Shown: one piece after another, positions 54,819-64,000 of the stretch
Layout: each line of letters opens with the position of its first letter
Position numbering within the stretch: the stretch's first letter is position 1
NCBI GenBank assembly: GCA_964016885.1
Contig: OZ024741.1
Span: 4,030,001-4,094,000 of the forward strand
Reading direction: 5' to 3'
Length of the DNA: 64,000 nucleotides
Source: Eledone cirrhosa
Taxonomy: Eukaryota
Made by a program: the position numbers and the translations under genes
The notes under the pieces: generated by a model
What the model saw: the letters and a program-made list of their open reading frames with translations, nothing else
Database searches by the model: none
What the model was told of the DNA's origin: nothing

Positions 54819-57810
54819 GTTGCAGGCGACCTAAATGGTCACGTTGGACAACATTGTGACGGCTATGACGAAATCCATGGAGGCTATGGGTTTGGTACTA
54901 GAAATGAGGAAGGCTCCAGAATTCTGGAATACTGTGATGCAAATAACCTAACTATCTGTAACACTAACTTCAAAAAACGTGACAATCACCTGATTACCTA
55001 TAGATCCGGGGAACACACAAGCCAGGTAGATTATATCCTTACCAGAAGACGTGACAGAGTGTCTGTTGTAAACACTAAATCCCTCCCCCATGAAGAATGC
55101 ACCTCCCAACATAGACTGATAATTAGCGACCTCATAGTCAGGACGAGACGCACCCGACAGCAGAAGAGGACTATCCTCAGGAGGAAAATATGGAAACTAA
55201 AGGACCCCACAGCCAGAAATAAATTTCAAAGCATATTACTTGATGCTTTCGACAGTAAGGAAGAGCATCTAGAATCGGACAATATAGAGGGACAGTGGAA
55301 ATTTCTGAAAGCAAACCTGCTGTTGGCGACAGACGAAGTCTGTGGCTGGAGCAGGCCTGTAGGCAGGAGGAGAGTAACATGGTGGTGGAACAATAGGGTG
55401 GAGGGGTCAATTAAGGCCAAAAAGCAGGCTTGGAAAGTATGGCGGGATGGGGGAAGTAGAGTAGACTATCAAGTGGCCAGGAGGGAAGCTAGGAGAGAAG
55501 TGTACTTAGCAAGAAGGGAAGCTGAGGAAAGAAAGTTCAAGCATGTTCTACAACGCGATGACCAAAAACGTGAGGTGTTCAGGATTGCCAGGCAATGCGT
55601 CAAGGAAAACCGTGATATTGTCGGGGAGAAGTGTGTACTTAACGATGATGGCATACTTGCCATCACCGACACTGATAAGAAGGTAGCTTGGAAGTGTCAC
55701 TATGAAAGGCTACTAAATGAGGAGAATAAATGGGAGAAAGACAGTCTCCCCCTTATCGACCCGATAGAGGGACCAGCAGTGTTAGTCGAGGGGAGTATAA
55801 TAAGTAAGGCAATCAAGGATATGAAGACTGGTAAGGCGGCTGGGCCTTCGGAAATAGTTGCTGAGATGCTGAAGGCATCTGGTACGGTGGGACACACCAT
55901 GGTCACCCGCATAGTTAACCAAGTCGTACAGAATGGGGTTGTTCCGAAGGACTGGCATAGCAGCATCATCGTTAACTGTTATAAGGGTAAAGGAGACGCC
56001 CTAGATAGGAGTAACTATAGAGGCATTAAATTAATCGACCAGGTCATGAAGGTCACGGAAAAAGTAATAGCGCAACTAATCAGAGAGAGAATTGATCTAG
56101 ATGAAATGCAGTTCGGGTTTGTGTCAGGCAAAAGCACCACAGACGCTCTTTTCATAGTACGACAACTACAGGAGAAGTACCTAGCTAAAGGTAAACCCCT
56201 CTACTTAGCTTTTGTCGACCTGGAGAAAGCCTTCGACAGAGTCCCCCGCTCCATTATCTGGTGGGCTCTTAGAAAACTAGGCGTTGACGAATGGCTTGTG
56301 AGGGCTATACAAGCCATGTATAAAGAAACAGTCAGCAAGGTTAGAATTAACAACGAATATAGTGAAGAGTTTAGCGTAAAAGTTGGCGTCCATCAGGGCT
56401 CTGTTCTCAGCCCCCTACTATTTATTATTGCCCTTCAGGCTATAACAGAGGAGTTCAAGACAGGCTGCCCATGGGAACTCCTATACGCAGACGACCTGAC
56501 ACTCATAGCGGAATCAATGGCCGAGCTAGAGAAGAAATTCCAAACATGGAAGCACGGCCTAGAGTCAAAAGGACTTAAAATTAACCTGGCTAAGACCAAA
56601 GTTCTAGTTTGTAGGAAAGAAAACAAGGCGGCGGTCCCTTCTGGGAAATGGTCGTGCTCGGTATGTAGGAAAGGCGTAGGTAGAAACTCCATCTTATGTC
56701 CTAAATGCAAAGTATGGGTGCATAAAAGATGTAGTGGGATCACAGGTAAGCTAACTAAGAACATAGACTTTACATGTGGCCGGTGTTCTGGTGCAATAAG
56801 TAGCAGCAAGTGCCCACAAAATACTAGCTCTTTCAATTGCGCAGAGGGTTCTATAGAAATAGTGGACAGCTTCCGTTACCTGGGCGATAAAATCAGCAGT
56901 GGGGGAGGGTGCTCTGAAAGTACTGTAGCTAGAGTCAGAACTGGTTGGAAAAAGTTCAGAGAGCTTATACCACTATTAGCTGCTAAAGGGTTCTCCCTAA
57001 AAATGAAAGGCAGGTTGTACGATGCCTGCATACGAACAGCAATGTTGCATGGTAGTGAGACCTGGGCATTGTGTGCAGAGGATATACGCAGACTAGAGAG
57101 GAACGAAGCTTGCATGCTCCGCTGGATGTGTAACAGTAATATACGTGAACGGCAAAGCATAAACGAACTAAGGAAAAAATTAGAGATAAGAGGGATCAGA
57201 TGTTGTTTACTCGAGAGAAGGCTGCGTTGGTATGGACACGTGATGCGCATGAAAGTCGATAGCTGTATTACAAAGTGCAGGGCAATAAAGATAGACGGTA
57301 GCCACGGAATAGGCAGACCTAGAAAAACATGGGATGAGCTGATAAACTCCGACCTCACACACTTACACCTTTCCAAGACAATGTCACTGGACCGTGACCT
57401 TTGGCGGTACTCAGTAACAGAGAAGACCCGCCTTGCCAGTAGGCATCTCTAACAAAATACACCCCTCCCGCCGCCACCCCCACCCCATCCACACCACCCC
57501 GTTCTATGTAAAGTTATGTTGGTGCCGCGCCATCCAGGCCGAAACAAATGAGATCGTGTAGGAGTCACGACAAAAAAACACACAGTCCACGCTGTAATGT
57601 GGCCGTGTAGGCAACACGGTAAAAACCTCCCAGACCCACACTGTAAATGTGGTTGGTGTTAGGAAGGGCATCCAACTGTAGAAAACCTGCCAGACAGTCC
57701 TATGCGAGCAAGACAATCACTCTTGCCTCAAGTGGGACTACCCCCGTCCAAACCCATGCAAGCGTGGAACACGGACGTTAAACGTTGATGATGATGATGA
57801 TGATGATGAT
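54819..57810 (+). mobile_element. RTE-clade LINE, subfamily B, longest copy, 5'-truncated in APE
   Basis: Frame open from 54819 ([10 protein letters not shown]) to the stop at 57452; RT, PHD-like finger, (GAT)n tail. Confidence 0.95.
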
Positions 57811-57912
57811 ATATATATATATAGATATATATATATATATATAGATATATATATATATATATAGATATATATAGATATATATATATATATAGATATATAT
57901 ATATATATATAT

Positions 57913-58343
57913 AAAGAAAAAGGGATGAAATCGAAAATGCAACTGAAGTCTTATTTTTTTTAAAAATATATATATTTATTTGGTTCCTTTACCGGTTTCG
58001 CAGTTCTTCTGCTTTTCAAAAGGTGAGTTGAGATGGAGGGTCTGTGGTTTTTCTCACATCTGGTTGGTCTCTAAATGTTACTTGTTTTCTCTGGAAAAAC
58101 TGGCTCGAAAACCTGGTTTTTCGAGAAGTAATTTGATTGGTTTGTCAATAATTATAATAAATTTCGCGCCAGTTCGCGTTACAATAGTTCTTCAAATAAG
58201 AGAGGCGGGGGGAGGGGGGGGGTTGTCACAGGTTGTTTTTTCATATATGAGTGTTTGAATTTCTTTTTACTTGAAAAAATGAGGCTCACGAAGGCTTTTT
58301 TTTGGTTCGTTATAAATGAAATTTGATATCCTACGCCATTTTT
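57913..58343 (-). mobile_element. ORF-less HHR-bearing pLTR-like segment, head-to-head with a PLE-1 pLTR
   Basis: HHR at 57986-58023; starts with AAAATGGCGTAGGATA, shared with the PLE-1 pLTR. Confidence 0.6.
57986..58023 (-). ncRNA. Minimal (38-nt) type-I hammerhead ribozyme, U3-A8 core variant
   Basis: Minus strand: CCTT-TTGAAAA-GCAG(AAGAA)CTGC-GAAA-CCGG-TA^AAGG; palindromic ACCGGT; GUA triplet. Confidence 0.78.
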
Positions 58344-58344
58344 T

Positions 58345-58602
58345 CTGGCATAGGATAGAAGAAAGGAAAGGCACAGAAACGAAGAAAGAAATCCCCAGTC
58401 ACTGAAGAGGTCACAGAGTGTGTGACGAAAGAACTATGACTATATATATATAAACAACTATCTGGTTGTGGAACCAACCAACCAGAAATTTATAAATTTA
58501 TAAATTTGTAAATTTATAAATATATAATAAATTAAATTGAAGTGAAAGCAACTGGTGCGTGTGTTTCTTATTGGCAACATGACCCTCCCAAAGTATAACA
58601 AT
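58345..58602 (+). mobile_element. Solo pLTR of PLE-1
   Basis: Near-identical to ~7592-7845. Confidence 0.9.
58397..58441 (+). ncRNA. Hammerhead ribozyme identical to 7642-7686
   Basis: AGTCACTGAAGAGGTCACAGAGTGTGTGACGAAAGAACTATGACT. Confidence 0.8.
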
Positions 58603-58812
58603 ATATATATAGAGATATATATATATAGAGATATATATATATATAGATATATATATATATATAGAGATATATATATATAGAGATATATATATATAGAGAT
58701 ATATATATATATATATAGAGATATATATATATATAGAGATATATATATATATATAGAGATATATATATATAGAGATATATATATATAGATATATAGATAT
58801 AGATATATATAG

Positions 58813-59162
58813 ATCATCATCATCATTTCATCATTTCATTTTACGTCCGCTTTTTCCCTGCTTGCAAGGGTGGGACGGGAACTGATTCTGGCTTGATTTC
58901 TACAGCTGGATGCCCTTCCTAACACCAACCTCATTTACAGTGAGTGCTGGGTGCATTTTTGCCGTGGCACCTCCACGACCACTTTGCAGTGGTATGATAT
59001 GGATCCCAGTCCCTATCACCTCATTTCTACAGCTGAGTAAACTGGAGCAATGTGAAATAAAGTGTCTTGCTCAAGGAAACAACACATCACCCAGTCTGAG
59101 AATTGAACTCACAACCTTTCGATTGCAAGGCCAATGCTCTAACCACTAAGCCATGTGCCTCC
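58813..59162 (-). mobile_element. tRNA-derived SINE
   Basis: Same family as 25344-25678. Confidence 0.92.
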
Positions 59163-59212
59163 ATATATAGATATATATATATATATATATATATAGATAT
59201 ATATATATATAT

Positions 59213-59247
<35 letters not shown>

Positions 59248-59262
59248 TATATATATATATAT

Positions 59263-59379
<117 letters not shown>

Positions 59380-59400
59380 TATATATATATAGAGAGAGAG

Positions 59401-59475
<75 letters not shown>

Positions 59476-59532
59476 TATATATATATATATAGATATATAT
59501 ATATATATATAGATATATATATATATATATAT

Positions 59533-59571
<39 letters not shown>

Positions 59572-59728
59572 TATATATATATTTTTGAGTTTATGTTGGT
59601 TGTATACCAACACCTCAGTATGCAGGCTGGAGCACTCGACGAAGTGCGCAGGTTGGCTTGGTTACTCCGGAGTAGTGTAAAATAAAGTTAAATAAAAGTC
59701 AAATGATTAAAATTTAGCTTCGTTTATT

Positions 59729-59783
59729 ACTGCCATATATATTTCAGTGACAGCCATCTTTGGCTGTGACCTCTTCAGGCAGT
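59729..59783 (-). ncRNA. Hammerhead-like motif in the PLE-2 3' region; G at the cleavage position, possibly inactive
   Basis: Minus strand: ACTGC-CTGAAGA-GGTCACAGCCA(AAGA)TGGCTGTCACT-GAAA-TATATA-TG-GCAGT. Confidence 0.65.
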
Positions 59784-60841
59784 TTGAATTAGTATGGTAT
59801 AGACAAGTACATATGTTGTTTAGGTGTATGATATTGTCAATACTCTGATATGCCCAGTTCCTTGTTGGGTTGTTAATTCACTGGGGAACTGGAGTCATAT
59901 GAATTCAAACAAACGAATTTTAGTGTCACAGGTCCCCTTCTCCTCTCATTGGTCAGTTATTAGTGTTGTCATTGTTGGAGTTAGCTTAAAAATTGATAAA
60001 ATGGTAGAAGGGACAAGGTGTTGAAGGAACAAAATATCAAAAAATGTGTCAAACTTCCCATTGTTCAGTTCTGAGAGCATTCCTCGGTCAGAAGTCTATA
60101 GAATTCTTTCTGGGGTGAGGCTCCCTGTAGTGTTTATGCCTGCTATTGTTCAGTACATTTGACCTCCACCATTATTTTGGTACTGTTGTTGTTGTAGTGG
60201 TCAGCTTATATCTTGCTGCTGCTAACAATTTAGAAGTATTCAGTTTGTGTTTTCTCTTCATCCCACCCGCCACCATCGTAGTGGTGGTGGCGGGGGGGGG
60301 GGGGTTATTTCATGTATATGAAGAAATATAAGGCAATAAATGAAGAAAACAGAAGATAAATAAATAATATAATAAAATAAAATAATTAATATAATTTGTG
60401 TAATTTGAAAATAAATAAATAAATAGAGAATAAAGAATAAAGAGTAAATGAGAGATTGGTGAAAAAGTAATGATAATGTATATGGAGAAGTGAGAAATAA
60501 TGTAGGATAAAGTGTGTGTGTGTGTGTGTGCTATAACCAATCTCAAGGTCAGAATATGTTGGATAGATTGGTATGATACAAGATGTTAAGATGAGATATT
60601 CAATGTGATTGTGTTATAATCTATCTCAACTTAAAATAAATATAAATATAAGGTTATACAGTGAAGAGGGCAGAAAACAAATAACAAATTAATATAGAGA
60701 AATCAAGATTTAAGATTGGAACTTTAAAGTCAGAAATCTAGTAAATTAAAAGTGTTTGTGTTATAGATGTTGGCCAGATTATTATGGCTGTGTCCGATTC
60801 TGTCTCTAGGCTATCATGGTGTCTGCTCCGCCTGGGTTGTT

Positions 60842-61040
60842 CCCTATGGCTTGAGGGGAGTTCACAACCTAGGGTGTTGTAATTGTCCATATAGCTTGAG
60901 GGAGGTCTGGCCGAGAGGTGTTTTCATGTTCTGTAGAAGTCCCTATAGCTTGAGGGGAGTTCACATCTTCTTGTGTTGCTACTGTCCATATATTTTGAGA
61001 AAGGTCCCGGCTCTAAGGTGTCTGCATGTCCCGAAGAAGT
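60842..61040. repeat. Diverged 99-bp tandem duplication spanning the PLE-2 stop codon
   Basis: CCCTAT.GCTTGAGGGGAGTTCACA at 60842 and 60941. Confidence 0.75.
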
Positions 61041-62732
61041 CGGTTCTGAGGTTTATCAGGCCGCTTCCACCTCTTAGTATCTCGAGGGTCTCGTTCAGGC
61101 ATAGTTTGCATATGCAAGATCCCCCTTTATCGGGTGGTACTTTCCTGATTATGTACCAGGCCAGAGAGTATGGGGTCCTGTCCAGCTTAAGCTTCCAGAT
61201 CAGGTCGGAGAGAGCTGTGCTTTTCCTTTTGGCCTCCTTCTTGAATGAATGGCGATGGTTGTACCAGCGGTCCTTAAAGCTCGTTGATGTGGCTCCTATG
61301 TAGGTGTTCGGAGTTGGGGGTTTTAACCCTACAACCGTACACTATGTTCTTCTTGAGACATTCATTACCAAGGGGGCATGATTCGGGGTTTCTACAGTTG
61401 CAGAGGGTGGGCGGCCTCTGCGTGCTTAGATTAGGGTTCTCATTATGTGTTACATGTTGGTCTTCCCCCATGCTCGGTGGGGGGTCCTTGGGTCTGTTTG
61501 TGTTTCTTGGGTGGGCTCTGGGTCCCCCCTTCCCTCCTTTCACATGGTTCTGCTGAGTGTTTGTATTGCCATCTTCTGGTTGTGTGTGGTTTTTAAGCCT
61601 ACTTCTGTTGATGCTAGCTATGTGTTGGGCCAAATTTCTCGTGGTGGAATACGAAAGCTTCACAGTGTGTCTGTTGAAGATCCTGTGGTATCCGTGGTCC
61701 CTCGGGAAGCATTTGTCAAGTGCTCCAAAGAACAATCGGGCCAAGCTTTTCTTTAGGGCCGCTGAGTAGGGTGGGTTGTACCACGTGATTTGTCGGTGTC
61801 TCCTCCTATATGTGTGGGTTGGGGGCTTCGTGATTTGTTGGAGATTTGTTGGTTTGCTGGTGGTTTCCGCACTGTTGCTTCCCTTTTGGGCTCTATACTT
61901 TCTGTTATCTTCACGGCCCGGATTTGTGGGGTGGTTGTTGTCTGCCCCGGGAGATCCATCGTGGGGTGGTCGCCCGTTTCCTCCCCCCCCCCCCACGTGT
62001 CCTGCGGTTGGGGTTGTCCGTCCTGGGGTAGTTAGCATCACGTCTGAGACTGCTACTCATATTGTGCTCCATCTCGTGGTCAAGCGCACTAGTCCCCACC
62101 GCCCGTGTGGTGGTGTCTGGTACATGGTGCCTATTTGATTTTGCTCTGCCTGTATTGTTAGGGTTCGCCCTCCCCCCTCTGGTAACGCGGTTGTGGGTGT
62201 CTGTTGGGCTATCCACCTCCCGGCTTTTCGGACTATATGTTATATTTTGTCCATGTGCCGCCTTCTTTAGAGCTGCGTTGTAATATTCCGCGTGGTTGTT
62301 GAATATTTCCTTACTTGCGGACAGGCTGGAGATCCTGTCCGAGACACTCTTCACCACTGCCTTGGTTATGGATCTAGGGTGGTTTGATTTGGCGTTAACA
62401 TATACTAGTTTCTTGTTGGGCTTGTGGTAGGGGTAGTATTGCTCGGTGTTCAGGTTTAGGGTGGTGTCTAGGAAGTTAACTACCTTCCTATTTGGGTCTA
62501 TTTCTATGCTGAGCCCCTGGTTCTTAAAGAAATGGTGAATACGCCTCCTCATACCCTCCAACATATTGGTGCTGTGGTCATGTACTGTGAATAGAGCATC
62601 GTCACGATATAATCCGCCGCCCAGGCAGGGGATTTCATCTTTTATCTGCTTCAGCAGGTAGAGCCCAACCAGGTCCGTTACCTGCGCTGAGTCGCTGGAG
62701 CCCATCGTGATGTCAAAGTTATTTGGCCAATC

Positions 62733-63000
62733 ACTCTATACTTTCTGTTATCTTCACGGCCCGGATTTGTGGGGTGGTTGTTGTCTGCCCCGGGAGATCC
62801 ATCGTGGGGTGGTCGCCCGTTTCCTCGCCGCCCACGTGTCCTGCGGTTGGGGTTGTCCGTCCTGGGGTAGTTAGCATCACGCCTGAGACTGCTACTCATA
62901 TTGTGCTCCATCTCGTGGTCAAGCGCACTAGTCCCCACCGCCCGTGTGGTGGTGTCTGGTACATGGTGCCTATTTGATTTTGCTCTGCCTGTATTGTTAG
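62733..63000 (-). mobile_element. Direct duplicate of internal PLE-2 segment ~61890-62161, appended to the truncated 5' end
   Basis: CTCTATACTTTCTGTTATCTTCACGGCCCGG...GCCTGTATTGTTAG repeated. Confidence 0.9.
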
Positions 63001-63046
63001 ATATATATATATATAGATATATATAGATATATATATATATATAGAT

Positions 63047-63077
<31 letters not shown>

Positions 63078-63246
63078 GATATATATATATATAGATATAT
63101 ATATATATAGATATATATAGATATAGATATATATAGATATATATATATAGATATATATATATATAGATATATATATATATAGATATATATATATAGATAT
63201 ATATATATATAGATATATATATATATAGATATATATATATATAGAT

Positions 63247-63313
<67 letters not shown>

Positions 63314-63434
63314 AGATATATCTATATATATCTCTCTATATATATCTCTCTCTCTATATATATATATCTATATATATCTCTCTCTATATATATATATATA
63401 TATCTCTCTCTCTCTCTATATATCTATATATATA

Positions 63435-63523
<89 letters not shown>

Positions 63524-64000
63524 TATCTCTATATATGTATATCTCTATATATATATCTATATATATATATATATCTATATATATATATCTATATATATAT
63601 ATCTATATATATATATCTATATATATATCTATATCTATATATATATATCTATATATATATATCTATATATATATATCTATATATATATATATATCTATAT
63701 ATATATATCTATATATATATATCTATATATATATATCTATATATATATCTATATCTATATATATATATCTATATATATATATCTATATATATATATCTAT
63801 ATATATATATATCTATATATATATCTATATATATATCTATATATATATCTATATATATATATATCTATATATATATCTATATATATATATATCTATATAT
63901 ATATCTATATATATATATATCTATATATATATATATCTATATATATATATATCTATATATATATCTATATATATATCTATATATATATCTATATATATAT
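63001..64000. repeat. (TA)n tract with TAGA then TCTA/(TC)n interruptions
   Basis: Direct reading. Confidence 0.97.

Larger units (their letters stand above)
59582..62720 (-). mobile_element. Penelope-like element PLE-2 (different clade from PLE-1), 5'-truncated, frameshifted, long 3' region
   Basis: [60 protein letters not shown] / YIGATSTSFKDRWYNH, CKLCLNE; stop at ~60979; frameshifts near 62040 and 61310. Confidence 0.88.

Overview
Eukaryotic, gene-free, repeat-saturated window. The SINE and LINE families resemble those I recognise from octopus/cephalopod genomes; that is an inference, not a database result. The backbone is long (TA)n-derived microsatellite, plus a 4.2-kb noisy (GA/GT)n tract and a 200-N gap. 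Embedded in it are young, mostly 5'-truncated non-LTR retroelements: six RTE-clade copies (two subfamilies, each with a PHD-type C4HC3 finger after the RT core), three CR1/L2-group copies, one Tx1/L1-like element, two different Penelope-like elements (PLEs, RT + C-terminal GIY-YIG), and six tRNA-headed SINEs, five of which share their 3' end with the RTE. There is also an ~3-kb segmental duplication with long inverted repeats. The main hidden signal is eight type-I hammerhead ribozyme (HHR) motifs from seven unrelated sequence families, read by eye. Two lie in the PLE 3' regions; the other six lie in ORF-less islands flanked by (TA)n. Most carry a family-specific palindromic stem III, and two use the compensated U3-A8 core. 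This points to a diverse population of non-autonomous, ribozyme-bearing PLE pLTR/retrozyme-like elements colonising (TA)n. No host protein-coding gene is supported; the long IY-rich and HTLS-rich ORFs are microsatellite artefacts.
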